DNA of 64,000 nucleotides, from assembly GCA_035688265.1 (NCBI GenBank), contig DASSNE010000003.1, forward strand, positions 12,890 to 76,889. The letters are read 5' to 3'. A program made the translations under genes and the position numbers. Below, piece by piece: positions 46,952 to 62,454 of this stretch (the first letter of the stretch is position 1; each line of letters begins with the position of its first letter). Under the pieces are notes generated by a model. It was not told where the DNA came from. It saw only the letters and a program-made list of their open reading frames with translations, and made no database searches. Source of the stretch: Gammaproteobacteria bacterium. GTDB lineage: Bacteria > Pseudomonadota > Gammaproteobacteria > Natronospirales > DASSBR01.

Positions 46952-49900
46952 TTACCGCTCCGGCGACTTCGATCTCGGATTGGGCGTATTCTTCGGCGCC
47001 GACCCCGACACCTTCTTCATCACCGGTTTGTCCCACGAGCCGCTGACATGATATTCGAGCTGTGTCGCCTGCTTCAGCGGCTTCTTGAAAATCTGCGTCA
47101 GCAGCAGCGCCGCCACGCCGGTGACCGGGCCGCCGGCGATCGCCGCGGCAATCGGCAGCGTCGAGGCAATGCTGGTGTCGATGATCACGTCTTCGTCGTA
47201 ATCCTGCTTGCCGAGACCGATGCGGCCGACCACATGCACGTCGGCCACCGTGCTTTTCAGGCGGAAATCGTTGGTGTACGCGTTGCCGCTGATGATGTTG
47301 AAGGTACCGCCGATCGAGTCGTAGCCGAAGCCCTTGCCGAACACGTCGCTGAAGTTGAACAGCAGGTGGCGCGGCAGTGCGTTGAGGCTCAGCAGTGACA
47401 AGAGCCGCCCCGCGCCCGGCGAAATTTCCGTCAGCCGGCCGTTCTCGAGATGCACCGTAATCGCGCCGCCGAGCTTTTTCATGATGTCGCTCGACGGCGG
47501 CCCCGGCCAGTGCAGTTCCGCGTCGATCCTGGCATGCTGGGCCGTGATCGCAGCCGGCAACCCGAGCGCCTTGAAGGCGGCGCCGACATCGTCGCTGCGC
47601 GCGGCCGCCGCGATGCGCGTGTGCTGGCGCCGGTTGTCGTCGACGATCCAGGTACCGTACATGTTGATCTTGAGCGCCTTCTGCGTCGCCGAAAAATACG
47701 GCACCACGATGCCGCCCGGCGCCTGCAGCAGCTTGAATGCCAGCCGGCCGAGGTCGCGCTTGCCGATTTGCGTATCCTGGCTCGCGAACTTGATCGGCGG
47801 CAGCGTCGTCGGCGACAGCTTCATGTTGCCGCCGTGGCCGACGGCAAAATTCGAATCGAGGTGCAGATAGTTGAGGGCAACCGCATAGGGATGATCGTTG
47901 TCGACCGCCGCCGGCAGCACGATCGACCCCGCCGCGTCCGGGCCGGCCAGCTCCAGCCGGTAGCCGCCGGCGGCGGTGTCGTGCATCTGCACGTGAACCG
48001 CGTGAAAGTGTTGGCCCAGCGCGTCGACCTGGCCGATCGTCAGGTCGAGGTCGATGTTTTGCGGCGCGGCGGTGCTGTTGCCGCTGCCGACCAGGCCGCC
48101 GAGTTGCTGCCATTCGGCGAGCGACACGCGGTCGAGATGGCCGTCGATCCGCAGCCCCGCCTTGGGCAGCACTACCTTGCTGGCACCGAAGTGGATCACG
48201 CCGGTCCTGATCGCCACCCCGTGCTTGCCCGTATCGGCGAGGTCGATTTGCGCCTGCACGGCATCGCCGTAATGCGCGCCGATCTCGTAGCCGTTATCGC
48301 CGATCACGACTTTGAGCGTCGTCTTGACCGCCTTCGGGCCGGGCTTGGCGAACGGCGCCGGCAGCTTGAGTTCGAGGCCCTTGAGATCGGACTGCGCGCT
48401 CACCGTCAGCGGCGCGCTGCCCGCGGCGAACTCGTTCGGCAGCAGCACTTGCGCCTGCCAGGCGAATTTCCCCCGCGCCACGTCGGCGTGCGGCGCGCCC
48501 AGTGCTTTCGTCAATGTCGCGGCGGTCGCGCTGCCGGTGAGGCCGATGCGCGTGGCGTCGGCGCGGTGCGGCGCCGGATGCACGGTAATCGTGACCGGTT
48601 CGCCCAGGAATTCGCCGGTCAGGCCGGTCGGGCTGTCGAGCCCGGTGTTGGCGAAATCGAGCTGACCCTTGAGGTTCTTGAAAGTCTGCGACAGGCTGGA
48701 GAGCCTGGTATCGATGCCGTGCAGATGCGCCTGGCCGTGTACCTGGAACTTGTCGATGTCGGTCAGTGGCAGGTCGATTTTGACGTCCACGTCGAGCTTG
48801 CCGTGGGCTTCGGTCTGGGTGATGTACGGCCCGAACTTTTTGGCGATCGGCGAGTGGCGCAGGAAGTCCATCGCATCGGCGGCGTCGCCGCGCGCGGTGC
48901 CGCTCACCTCGAGCACCGCCGCCGCCAGGTCGGCAATCGCCGCCTGCGACCCGCCCATCGCCATCCCGCTGATCGTGCCGGAATGCACCTTCGCCGACAG
49001 CCCTTCATCCTTGAAGATGACTTCCGCGTCGAGGTTCGTTACGGGCGGCCAGTGCGGGTCGAACTTGATGCGCGTGTTGACGAGGTCGAAATCGACCTTG
49101 AACAGGCCGTTGCGGTTGCGGAACGGGAACTGATCTGCCGCGCCGCGAAAAATCACCTCGACGCGCGGCACCTGGCCGCTCTTGACCGAGCGATCCACCC
49201 ACGCGGTCACCTCCGGCGGCATGATGCCGACCGGCAGGTACTCCGACTTGTGGACGAGATCGATGCCGCTGGCCGTCGCTTCAACGTCAAGCACCGGCGC
49301 ACTACCGCCCGCGGGCAGCAGCACGCTGAAGCGGCCTGCCGTTGCGATGTCGGCGTTCGCAAGGCTGAACTGATCGCTGGCAATGCGCCAGCCGGCGGCT
49401 CCATGCTTGAAGGTCAGCGGCAACTTTGCGTGCGCCAGCGGGATCGGGCCGCGAAACAGGCCGGGGAAATCGATGGCCATGTTGCCACCGGTCAGTGCCA
49501 GCTTTCCGCCGCTGTCGGTGCGCCAGTGGAGATCGGCGCTCAGCGTACTGGCGTCGGCAGGATTGGACGACAGCGGCCGCACCCGGCCCTGTACTGCCAC
49601 CGGCTGCAGCCCGACACCGCGGCCTGACAGCGTCAGGTTCACCTGCCCGCCATGCAGATCGAGTGGCACCCTGGGCGCCAGCTTCGGCACACTCTCGAGC
49701 CTGAGCGCGGCGAGCTTCAGGCGACCCTGCCAGTGCCAGTCGCCGTGCGGCTGCGGCCGCGTGAAGGCGAAATGGCCATTCAGGCTTTGCCCCATCGCCT
49801 TGGGCAGCCCGATCGAGAGTTGCACGTGCGGTGTGCTGCCGCTGGCGCGCGCGTCAAGGTTGTGAAACTGCCAACCCTTGATCTTGTGCGCCGGCGCGTT

Positions 49901-50395
49901 GAGCACAATCGTGCCGTCGCTGACCGCGATGGTGCCGACCTGGTCGAGCACATTGACGATGTCGTTGAAGGATGGCGCGGCGCCCGAGCCTTCAGGCAGT
50001 CCGGGAATCGTCAACTGGCCGTTCGCGTCCTGCACCACGGTGAGGCGCGGCGCAGCAATGCCGATAAAGGCCGGGTGGACCTGCGGCCAGCTCACGAAAC
50101 TCAGGGGGTTGAGATCGACGCGCACACGCTGTGCCTGAATCAGGCGCTGAGTGCGATCCGAACTCAGCACAGCGACATCGTTCAAATCGACTTCGACTCC
50201 GAAGCCGTGCCAGCCCATCGCGATCGAGCCGATCGCCACCGGCTCGCCGAGCCGCTGGCTGGCGATGTGCTCGATGCGTGGCGTGTAGCTGTTGATTTGC
50301 GAGGCGAAATAAAAATACCCGCCCGCGATGACGATCGCCAGCAGCACGATCAGGCTGGCGAGACTGTAAGCCGTCCATAGCAGCGCACGCTTCAT
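46952..50395 (-). CDS. yhdP: YhdP-family (AsmA-like, DUF3971-containing) envelope protein
   Basis: 1147 aa with an N-terminal TM anchor ([30 protein letters not shown]). The synteny rng-yhdP-tldD matches E. coli. Confidence 0.85.
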   Translation of the reverse strand: MKRALLWTAYSLASLIVLLAIVIAGGYFYFASQINSYTPRIEHIASQRLGEPVAIGSIAMGWHGFGVEVDLNDVAVLSSDRTQRLIQAQRVRVDLNPLSFVSWPQVHPAFIGIAAPRLTVVQDANGQLTIPGLPEGSGAAPSFNDIVNVLDQVGTIAVSDGTIVLNAPAHKIKGWQFHNLDARASGSTPHVQLSIGLPKAMGQSLNGHFAFTRPQPHGDWHWQGRLKLAALRLESVPKLAPRVPLDLHGGQVNLTLSGRGVGLQPVAVQGRVRPLSSNPADASTLSADLHWRTDSGGKLALTGGNMAIDFPGLFRGPIPLAHAKLPLTFKHGAAGWRIASDQFSLANADIATAGRFSVLLPAGGSAPVLDVEATASGIDLVHKSEYLPVGIMPPEVTAWVDRSVKSGQVPRVEVIFRGAADQFPFRNRNGLFKVDFDLVNTRIKFDPHWPPVTNLDAEVIFKDEGLSAKVHSGTISGMAMGGSQAAIADLAAAVLEVSGTARGDAADAMDFLRHSPIAKKFGPYITQTEAHGKLDVDVKIDLPLTDIDKFQVHGQAHLHGIDTRLSSLSQTFKNLKGQLDFANTGLDSPTGLTGEFLGEPVTITVHPAPHRADATRIGLTGSATAATLTKALGAPHADVARGKFAWQAQVLLPNEFAAGSAPLTVSAQSDLKGLELKLPAPFAKPGPKAVKTTLKVVIGDNGYEIGAHYGDAVQAQIDLADTGKHGVAIRTGVIHFGASKVVLPKAGLRIDGHLDRVSLAEWQQLGGLVGSGNSTAAPQNIDLDLTIGQVDALGQHFHAVHVQMHDTAAGGYRLELAGPDAAGSIVLPAAVDNDHPYAVALNYLHLDSNFAVGHGGNMKLSPTTLPPIKFASQDTQIGKRDLGRLAFKLLQAPGGIVVPYFSATQKALKINMYGTWIVDDNRRQHTRIAAAARSDDVGAAFKALGLPAAITAQHARIDAELHWPGPPSSDIMKKLGGAITVHLENGRLTEISPGAGRLLSLLSLNALPRHLLFNFSDVFGKGFGYDSIGGTFNIISGNAYTNDFRLKSTVADVHVVGRIGLGKQDYDEDVIIDTSIASTLPIAAAIAGGPVTGVAALLLTQIFKKPLKQATQLEYHVSGSWDKPVMKKVSGSAPKNTPNPRSKSPER

Positions 50396-50419
50396 GAAAA
50401 ATCGCTCTCCGGTCTCATC

Positions 50420-51886
50420 CTAAACCGGTACCACGTCAAACGATTCCGGATTGTAGAGGTGCTCGACCTGCAGCCGGATCGGCTTGCCGATCAGTCCCTC
50501 GATTTCAGCCAGACTTTCCGATTCCTCGTCGAGCAGCAGATCGATCACGTCCTGGCTCGCGAGCACGCGCAGTTCCTGGATATCGAAGGTGCGCGTCTGA
50601 CGCAGGATTTCGCGGAACACGTCGTAGCAGACCGTTTCCGGCGTCTTGATCGACCCGCGCGCCCCGCAAGTCGGGCACGGCTGGCACAGGACATGCTCGA
50701 GGCTTTCGCGGGTGCGCTTGCGGGTCATTTCGACCAGGCCGAGCGGCGAAATCGCGCAAATCTTGTTGCGCGCATGATCGCGCGCAAGCCGGCGTTCCAG
50801 CGTTTCCAGCACCGTCTGGCGGTGCTCGGGGTCCTGCATGTCGATAAAGTCGATAATGATGATACCGCCGAGGTTGCGCAACCGAAGCTGGCGTGCGATC
50901 GCCTGCGACGCTTCGAGATTCGTCTTGAGCACCGTCTGCTCGAGGTTGCGGTAGCCGACGTAGGCGCCGGTGTTGACGTCGATCGTCGTCATTGCCTCGG
51001 TCTGGTCGATCACCAGGTAACCGCCCGATTTCAGTTCGACCTTGCGCTCCAGCGCCTTCTGGATTTCCGTTTCGATGCCGTACAGGTCGAAGATCGGCCG
51101 CGCGCCGTCGTAAAACTCGATCCGGCCGGCGAGTTCGGGCAGGAACGTGCCGGCAAAATCGGCCATCCGCCGATACACCGTCTCCGAATCGACCCGCACC
51201 TGCTCGACTTGCGCATCGAGAAAATCACGCAGCATCTTGACCGGCAGCAGCAGGTCCTCGTGTACCAGCGTGCCCGGCGGTGCGGTGCGGCTCCGCTCGG
51301 CGATCAGCTCCCACAGCTTGCGCAAAAACAGCATGTCGGCGCGAATCGCCTCGTGCGACACGCCTTCGGCAGCGGTGCGCACGATGTAGCCGCCGGTATC
51401 CGATTCCAGAAACTGCGTCACCAGCCCGGCGAGGCGCTCACGCTCGTCGGCGTCGTCGATGCGGGTCGACACGCTGACGCGGTCGCTGCCGGGCACGTGC
51501 ACCAGGTAGCGCGACGGGATGCCGATGCGCGTCGACAACCGCGCGCCCTTGGTGCCGAGCGGGTCTTTCAGCACCTGCACCAGCAGCTCGTCGCCCTCGT
51601 GCAGCAGCTCGCGAATATCCGTCGGCCCGCGTGGCTCGGGCTCGCCCTCGTTGTAGACCGCGCGCGAAATGTCCGACGCATGCAGGAATGCGCTGCGCTC
51701 AAGGCCCACGTCGACGAAGGCCGCCTGCATCCCCGGCAGCACGCGCAGCACCTTGCCCTTGTAGATGTTGCCGACCAGGCCGCGGCGGTGCGCGCGTTCG
51801 ATGAAGATTTCCTCCAACGCCCCGTTGTCGAGGAGGGCCACGCGGGTTTCGCGCGGGGTTACGTTGATGAGGATTTCTTCGCTCAT
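50420..51886 (-). CDS. rng: Ribonuclease G
   Basis: 488 aa, MSEEILINVTPRETRVALLDNGALEEIFIERAHRRGLVGNIYKGKV.. Confidence 0.9.
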   Translation of the reverse strand: MSEEILINVTPRETRVALLDNGALEEIFIERAHRRGLVGNIYKGKVLRVLPGMQAAFVDVGLERSAFLHASDISRAVYNEGEPEPRGPTDIRELLHEGDELLVQVLKDPLGTKGARLSTRIGIPSRYLVHVPGSDRVSVSTRIDDADERERLAGLVTQFLESDTGGYIVRTAAEGVSHEAIRADMLFLRKLWELIAERSRTAPPGTLVHEDLLLPVKMLRDFLDAQVEQVRVDSETVYRRMADFAGTFLPELAGRIEFYDGARPIFDLYGIETEIQKALERKVELKSGGYLVIDQTEAMTTIDVNTGAYVGYRNLEQTVLKTNLEASQAIARQLRLRNLGGIIIIDFIDMQDPEHRQTVLETLERRLARDHARNKICAISPLGLVEMTRKRTRESLEHVLCQPCPTCGARGSIKTPETVCYDVFREILRQTRTFDIQELRVLASQDVIDLLLDEESESLAEIEGLIGKPIRLQVEHLYNPESFDVVPV

Positions 51887-51961
51887 GGGGGATTGGACTA
51901 TTTATTCTATTGTTGGGTTTCTATTATGACGGTTGCGTTCGCGGTGGTGAAATCGGGTTTT

Positions 51962-52238
51962 GTGCCGCCTGCGGCGGCGGGCTGATTGGGCGGGGGTGTC
52001 GACCCCCTGCGGCGAGTTACTTTCCTTACGGGGAAAGTAACCAAAGCCACTGCTCCTGTCGCTTGGTCCGCAGCACATCCTGTGCTGCGGACTTCCCGAA
52101 GATCGGGCGAAAAATGGGGGCCGGAACATAACTCAGCCGTCCATGGCTTCGGACAATGTTCCTTGTTTCCCCCATTTTTCGCCCGATCTTCGGCTGCGCT
52201 CGATGTCGCGGGAGAAGAAGCCGGCCATCGTGGCCGGC
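51962..52238 (-). repeat. ~277-bp multi-hairpin intergenic repeat, copy 2 (inverted relative to copy 1)
   Basis: Its reverse complement aligns end to end with 29326-29601. The differences are listed in the findings. Confidence 0.9.
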
Positions 52239-52265
52239 TAAGAATAAGGTGGAGGCGCTCTTGCC

Positions 52266-52286
52266 CCCTCTCCCTTCGGGAGAGGG
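52266..52286 (-). terminator. 9-bp hairpin ccctctccc-ttc-gggagaggg just after the maf stop
   Basis: Read directly. It is followed by ctggggtgaggg and has no U-tract. Confidence 0.4.
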
Positions 52287-52316
52287 CTGGGGTGAGGGTG
52301 CCCAGTCGCACGTCGC

Positions 52317-52880
52317 CTAGAACCGGGCACCAAACTGGAGCAAAAGCGAAGCCGTTTCGGACAACGGCAGCCCCACAACCCCCGAATAGCTTCCCTCAAG
52401 CCGCGCCACGAAAATGGCGCCGCGCCCCTGGATCGCGTAGGCGCCGGCCTTGTTGTCGCCTTCGCCCGTCGCGACGTAGGCTTCGATTTCCGCTTCGCTC
52501 ATGTCCCGAAATACCACCGTGCTCCGGCTGAGCGCGGTGCGCGTTGTCGAGCCATCCGTCACCGCGACCGCGCTCAGCACTTCGTGCGCTCGCCCTGCCA
52601 GCCGCGCCAGCATCGCCCGCGCGTCCGTCCGGTCTCTCGGCTTGCCCAATACGTCGCCATCGACTACGACGGCGGTATCGGCGCCGAGCACGATCGCATC
52701 GGTCGCGCGCAGTGCCGCGCGACCGGCCGCGGCCTTGGCCTGGGCCAGTCTCAGAACGTAGTCGGCGGGGGCTTCGGCGGGAAACCGGGTTTCATCGACT
52801 GGGGCGGCGACCCGTTCGTGCGCCACGCCGATCTGGCGGAGCAGCTCGTGTCGCCGCGGAGAGGCGGACGCGAGATACAG
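52317..52880 (-). CDS. maf: Maf-family nucleoside-triphosphate pyrophosphatase (probable non-canonical start)
   Basis: The track ORF starts at GTG 52826. However, the in-frame upstream codons encode [18 protein letters not shown], the conserved Maf N-terminal motif. A CTG at 52880 (1 nt after the rlmH stop) or an ATC at 52895 are the only start candidates. Confidence 0.75.
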   Translation of the reverse strand: MYLASASPRRHELLRQIGVAHERVAAPVDETRFPAEAPADYVLRLAQAKAAAGRAALRATDAIVLGADTAVVVDGDVLGKPRDRTDARAMLARLAGRAHEVLSAVAVTDGSTTRTALSRSTVVFRDMSEAEIEAYVATGEGDNKAGAYAIQGRGAIFVARLEGSYSGVVGLPLSETASLLLQFGARF

Positions 52881-52881
52881 A

Positions 52882-53346
52882 TCAGGCCCGGTGATAGGGG
52901 TGACCTTGCAGTACGGTCCAGGCGCGGTACAGCGCCTCGGCGACCACCACGCGCGCCAAGCCGTGCGGCAGCGTCAGCGGCGACAGCGACCAGCGCCAGT
53001 CGGCGCGCTCAAGGCAGTCGGGAGCGAGGCCGTCGGGGCCGCCGATCAGGAAGACGCGGTCGCGGCCGTCCTGCAGCCAGTCGCCGAATTGTTGTGCCAG
53101 CGCTTCGGTAAAGAGCGATTTGCCGCGGACATCGAGCGCGATGGCTTCGTCGTCCGGGCGGATGTGGCCCAGCATGCGCTTGCCTTCGAGCGCGCTGGCG
53201 CCGGCGCGGCGCGGGGTGCGCTTCGGCAGCGGGATTTCGGTCAGCGACAGCGCGCACTCGTGCGGCAGCCGTGTCGCGTAGGTCTGAAAGCCTTCGTCCA
53301 CCCATGCGGGCATTCGGTTGCCGATGGCGAGGACGCGGAGATTCAT
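52882..53346 (-). CDS. rlmH: 23S rRNA (pseudouridine1915-N3)-methyltransferase
   Basis: [59 protein letters not shown].. Confidence 0.9.
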   Translation of the reverse strand: MNLRVLAIGNRMPAWVDEGFQTYATRLPHECALSLTEIPLPKRTPRRAGASALEGKRMLGHIRPDDEAIALDVRGKSLFTEALAQQFGDWLQDGRDRVFLIGGPDGLAPDCLERADWRWSLSPLTLPHGLARVVVAEALYRAWTVLQGHPYHRA

Positions 53347-53699
53347 CGCACCGGCAGGGCACGCGGCTGCGCCGGGATGTCCACGCTCCACAGCTTTTCG
53401 AGGTTGTAGAACTCTCGCATGCGCGGGAGCATCACGTGGACGACGATGTCGTTGAGGTCGAGCAGGATCCATTCGCCGCCCTGTTCGCCCTCGACGCCGA
53501 GCGGCTTCACGCCGACGTCCCTGGCCGCGTCCAGCACGGCGTGCGCCAGCGCGCGCACGTGCCGGTCGGACGTCCCGCTGGCGATTACCATCATGTCGGT
53601 AATCGCAGTTGCGCCGCGCACGTCGAGCACCTTGATGTCGACGGCCTTGAGGTCGTCAAGCGCCTTGACGGCCAGGTCTTTCAGATCGTCTGTTGTCAT
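53343..53699 (-). CDS. rsfS: Ribosome silencing factor
   Basis: 118 aa with ..DIKVLDVRGATAITDMMVIASGTSDRHVRAL..WILLDLNDIVVHVM..REFYNLEKLW. Confidence 0.9.
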   Translation of the reverse strand: MTTDDLKDLAVKALDDLKAVDIKVLDVRGATAITDMMVIASGTSDRHVRALAHAVLDAARDVGVKPLGVEGEQGGEWILLDLNDIVVHVMLPRMREFYNLEKLWSVDIPAQPRALPVR

Positions 53700-54346
53700 C
53701 GCATCTCCGCTGTCTGTCGATAAAAACCGTTGTTCATAATCAAAGTCCTCACTTCCTCGGGCAGCAGGTAACGCACGTCGCCGCCGGCGGCGACGATGGC
53801 GCGAATGGCTGTCGAGGAGATTTCAAGTTGGGTAACGGCTTGCAGGAATATGGTGCCGGCCGGGCGCTCGTGCAGCTCAGCCGGATCGCGCACCTGGCGC
53901 GCGGCGACCAGTGTGCTGAGTTCGCCCTCCGCCTGCAGATGCCAGCCCGGCCGGTGGGCGACCACCAGGTGCGCCAGGTCGAGCAGTTCGCGCCAGCGGT
54001 GCCAGCTCGCCAGACCGAGAAACGCGTCCATGCCGACGATCAGCGCCAGCGGCGTGTCGGGCAGGTCGTGTCGCAGCGATTCGAGCGTGGTGACCGAATA
54101 CGATGGCGCGCTGCTGTGCACCTCGCGTTCGTCGACCACGAAGCGCGGCTCCGGCGCGACGGCCGCCTTGACCATCGCCAGGCGCGCATCCGGCGGCGCG
54201 ACCGGCTGGCCGCGGTGCGGCGGGCGACCGCTGGGGATGAAGCGGATTTCGGCGAGGTCGAGCGCCTCGAGCACGTCGAGGGCGGGTCGCAGGTGGCCGT
54301 AATGAATGGGATCGAATGTCCCGCCGAAGATGCCGACGGCTCGCAT
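53696..54346 (-). CDS. nadD: Nicotinate-nucleotide adenylyltransferase
   Basis: MRAVGIFGGTFDPIHYGHLR..ISSTAIR.. Confidence 0.9.
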   Translation of the reverse strand: MRAVGIFGGTFDPIHYGHLRPALDVLEALDLAEIRFIPSGRPPHRGQPVAPPDARLAMVKAAVAPEPRFVVDEREVHSSAPSYSVTTLESLRHDLPDTPLALIVGMDAFLGLASWHRWRELLDLAHLVVAHRPGWHLQAEGELSTLVAARQVRDPAELHERPAGTIFLQAVTQLEISSTAIRAIVAAGGDVRYLLPEEVRTLIMNNGFYRQTAEMR

Positions 54347-55377
54347 CAGGCGGCTTGATCCTCTTCAGAGACGGGCAGCGCGCCGGATAGCATCGCCACC
54401 AGTGCCGTCAGCACCGGCCACGACTCCGCGTGACGCGGCCCCTTGATGATGCGGTCGGCCTCCGCCGCGCGCATCAGCAGCCTGCCGGAAGCGCGTCTGC
54501 CGAGCCGGCGCAGCGCGCCCTCCACCAGCGCGCGGCGCTTCGTCGGCCAGACCTTGCCGAGCGCCTGCGCCACGGATTTGCCGGCTCCGGCGTCAAAAGC
54601 GGCGTCGGCCAAGATCCGGATGTCGCGCGTCAATGCCCATAGCACCAAGGTAGGTGCAACGCCCTCGGCTTTCAAGCCGGCCAGCATCGCCAGCGCGCGG
54701 GCGCTGTTGCCGCCGAGCGCGGCGTCGACGAGGCCGAAGACGTCATAACGCGCACTGGCCGAGACCGCCGCCTGTACGGCTGCCAGCCCGACATGACCGG
54801 GGCCGACGGACAATACGAGCTTGTCGACCTCCTGCGCCGCCGCCAGCAGGTTGCCTTCGACCCGATCCGCCAGCAGTTGCGCCGCATCGTCATCGAGTTG
54901 CAGACCGCGCCCGCGCGCGCGCTGGGCGATCCAGCGCGGCAGCTCGCCGGTGCCGACCGGCCAGATTTCCAGTACCGCGCCCGCCTTGTCGAGCGCCTTC
55001 AACCATGCCGCGCCGCCCCCGCGCCGGTCGAGCTTGGGCGCAATCACCAGCAGCAGCGTGTCGGGCGGTGGCGCGGCGGCGTAATTCGCCAGCGCCTCGC
55101 CGCCGTCGCGACCGGGCTTGCCGCTCGGCAGGCGCACCTCCAGCAACTGCCGCGACGCGAACAGCGACAGGCTGGCGCCGGCCGCGGCCAGCCGCCCCCA
55201 GTCGAAGCCGCGCTCGGCGAACAGGATCTCGCGATCAGTGAAGCCGTCGGCGCGCGCCGCGGCCCGCACCGCGTCGGCGGCCTCCTGCACCAGCAGCGTT
55301 TCATCGCCGGCGATCAGGTAGACGGGCAGCAGCGTCTTCTTGAGGTGCGCCGCGAGCGTCTCGGCGCGCAGCTTCAA
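54346..55377 (-). CDS. holA: DNA polymerase III subunit delta
   Basis: 343 aa with ..LLPVYLIAGDETLLVQEAADAVR.. It occupies the lptE-holA-nadD position. Confidence 0.85.
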   Translation of the reverse strand: MKLRAETLAAHLKKTLLPVYLIAGDETLLVQEAADAVRAAARADGFTDREILFAERGFDWGRLAAAGASLSLFASRQLLEVRLPSGKPGRDGGEALANYAAAPPPDTLLLVIAPKLDRRGGGAAWLKALDKAGAVLEIWPVGTGELPRWIAQRARGRGLQLDDDAAQLLADRVEGNLLAAAQEVDKLVLSVGPGHVGLAAVQAAVSASARYDVFGLVDAALGGNSARALAMLAGLKAEGVAPTLVLWALTRDIRILADAAFDAGAGKSVAQALGKVWPTKRRALVEGALRRLGRRASGRLLMRAAEADRIIKGPRHAESWPVLTALVAMLSGALPVSEEDQAA

Positions 55378-55442
55378 AGGCGGGAAAGTAAACCGGTAGC
55401 CATGCCTGCATGATAGCCGGGCGGGCGGTGAGATGTCACCTG

Positions 55443-55898
55443 CTAGAGGCGATCCTGCCTCGCCGCGTCGCGCGCGCTCGCCGGCGGCAACCGCATACCG
55501 CGACGCCGGGCCGTTACCTCCGGGCGCGTCGAGCCGCGGCCCAGTTCGTCAAGCACGTCCGTGGCCGTGACGATGCCGACGAGACGCCCGTCATCAACGA
55601 CCGGCAGCGAGCCTATGAGCCGGCCACGCATCAGGTTCGCCGCCTGGCGCAGCGTCATTCCCGGCGTCCCCGTCGCCAGCTTGCGCGCCATCAACTCGCG
55701 CACTGTGCGCCCGCTGCGCATCTCGGCACCGTTGGTTCCGCCCAGGTCGCGATCGGACAGTACACCGATGGGGCGGGCACCATCGACCACAACCAGATGC
55801 CGAACCCGCTCATCCTGCATCCGCGACCACGCAGCGCTCGCCGTCTGCTCGGGCTCGATGGTCAGAACCGGTGATTTCATAACTTCGTTCAGTCGCAT
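55443..55898 (-). CDS. CBS-pair domain protein
   Basis: An internal ATG gives MRLNEVMKSPVLTIEPEQTASAAWSRMQDERVRHLVVVD..LPVVDDGRLVGIVTATDVL. Confidence 0.8.
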   Translation of the reverse strand: MRLNEVMKSPVLTIEPEQTASAAWSRMQDERVRHLVVVDGARPIGVLSDRDLGGTNGAEMRSGRTVRELMARKLATGTPGMTLRQAANLMRGRLIGSLPVVDDGRLVGIVTATDVLDELGRGSTRPEVTARRRGMRLPPASARDAARQDRL

Positions 55899-56056
55899 AT
55901 CATTTTGGCCGGAAAAGGGAACAAGCAGCAAAACTAGCGCGCGCGTACACGGACGACAATTCGTCCGATCCCCTACCACGTTTACCCGGTATGATTTTTG
56001 CGAGTACGAGGCAGATGTCATCGACGGCCGCCGGACGTGCCGGCGATGATCGCCGT

Positions 56057-56574
56057 TTAACCCGCCTTCGCAGCTTCGGCCGCTACCGGCGCCGGCGCTT
56101 TGACGGCCGCGAGCCGCCGCAGGATCACCTGCACGAGATCGCTGCGCATTGCATCGAGCAGCCGTCGCGCTTCCTGGTTGCCGGCCAGCACGTTGTCGGG
56201 GTCGAAAACATAATCGTGCGTCAGCGACACGGTTTGCGGCGCCAGCAGCGTCTGGCCCTTATGGGTGACCGAGAACGAAATGGCATAATGCAGCTCGTAG
56301 GCTTGCGGGCGGTCTTTGCTGTCGACGGAGCTGACGCGCTGACCGGCGTCGTCGCGCAGGATGTGCAATTCGGCGGTCGCGACAGCCGGGGACTGAACGA
56401 CTTTGATATTGGTGCCGCTGAGCGCGCGTGTCAGTTGGCGAACCAGCGTGCCGTATGGGTTCGCGCCGACGATGGCGGTGCGCTGCATGACCGGCGGCAG
56501 GTTGCGGGCCCGTTGCAGGTGATAGCCGCAGCCGGCAAGCGCGAGCGCGACGAGCAACAGGGCGAGTCGTTTCA

Positions 56575-56575
<1 letters not shown>
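56057..56575 (-). CDS. lptE: LPS-assembly lipoprotein LptE
   Basis: An internal ATG of ORF 56057..57823 gives MKRLALLLVALALAGCGYHLQ.. There is a TAATG junction with the leuS stop. Confidence 0.85.
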
Positions 56576-60903
<4,328 letters not shown>

Positions 60904-60907
<4 letters not shown>

Positions 60908-62454
60908 TGTGTTTGTGCCTTTTGCCGGCGGCGTTCCTGAATGGCCGCTATCGTCGCACCGAACAGGATCGCCAGCAAGGCAAAGACCAGCGGCAGATTG
61001 CCGCCGGCCACGGCGTACGGCGTCGCGCCGGCGTACGGGCGCACCTTGCCGGTCAGCACGCCGACCGTGTCGATCGGCAACTGCTTGAGCACCTGGCCGT
61101 GCGGCCCGATGATGGCGGTGATGCCGGTATTGGTCGCGCGCACCGCGAAGCGGCCGGCTTCGAGCGCGCGCATGCGGACGATCTGCAAGTGCTGCGGCAG
61201 CGCGATCGAGTCCCCGAACCAGGCGTCGTCGCTGACGTTGATGAGCAGGTTGGCCGCCGGCAGCATCCGGATCAACTGGGCGCCGAAGGCGTCTTCGTAG
61301 CAGATCGAGATCGCCGCCTTCCAGTGGCCCAGATCGACCGGCGTCTGGTCGGCGCTGCCGGGAGCATAACTGGAGTACGGCAGGTTCATGTACTTGAGCC
61401 AGCGGCGTACCCAGTGCGGCACCGGGAAGTATTCGCCGAACGGTACCAGGTGCTCCTTGTAATAAAACTGTGGATGCGCGCCGTTGAGCACCACGACGGC
61501 ATTGTAGTAGAGCGGTTTATGGTCCTCGTTCAAGCCATGCCACACGGGCACGCCGAGCACCAGCTTGCCGCCGTGGGCGACGACCTGGTCGGCGAGCGGC
61601 AGCACGTAATTGGCGGCGACGTCGCGCAGCAGCGCCGGGATCGCGGTCTCCGGCCAGATGATCACATCGCTGCCGAGATGCTTGAGCGTGAGGTCGCGAT
61701 AGCGCTTGAGCGACTGCGCAAACGCCTGCTCGTTCCACTTGGTCGACTGGGCGATGTTGCCCTGCACCAGGCTGACGGTGAACGGCGGGCCGGCCGGGTG
61801 TGTCCAGTTGACTGCGCGCAGCCAGAAGCCCAGCACCCAGACGAGAATCAGTGCGGCGAGCGCGAGCATGCGACGCCGCTGCGCCAGCACCGGGCTGCGC
61901 CATCCCGGCGCAAAAATCAGCACCACGAGGCCGGCCGTGAGCGCGACGGTGAAACTGATCCCGAACACGCCCGCGATCGGCCCATAACCTGCGAGCGGAG
62001 AATCGATCTGGCTGTAGCCGGCGGCCAGCCACGGGAAGCCGCTCGCGATCCAGCTGCGCACCCACTCGAGCAACGCCCACAGCGCCGGCAACGCCACCAG
62101 GTAGCGCCGCCAGTTCCGCGCCGGCGCAAGGTACGCCGCCGCCCACAGCACGGTGGCCGAAAACAGCCCCATCACCGCGACCAGCACCGCGAGCATCAGC
62201 ACCGCGAGCCAGATCGGCGCATTGCCGATCAGGTGGACACTGATGTAAATCCAGTACACGCCAAAGGCGAATTCGGCGAAGCCGAACAGCCAGCCGAGCA
62301 GAAAGGCGCGCTGGGGACGCTGGTTTTCGGCCAGCCGGAACAGCGCCGCGAGCGTGATCGGCATCAGCGGGAACCAGCCGAACGGGGCGAACGCCAGCAC
62401 GGCGAGTGCGCCCAGCGCGAGCGCGGCCAGCGGCCGGAACGGAAGCGACTTCAC
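60904..62454 (-). CDS. lnt: Apolipoprotein N-acyltransferase
   Basis: ..LAFAPFGWFPL.., ..ICYEDAFG.. GTG at 62454 forms a GTGA overlap with the corC stop. The longer ORF start at 62532 would overlap corC. Confidence 0.88.

Noticed and set aside
46920-48113. Upstream extension of tldD (874-aa track ORF), and the extension of the lptE ORF to 57823
   Set aside because: Both extensions overlap yhdP or leuS out of frame and are Arg-rich. Family homology starts at the internal ATGs.
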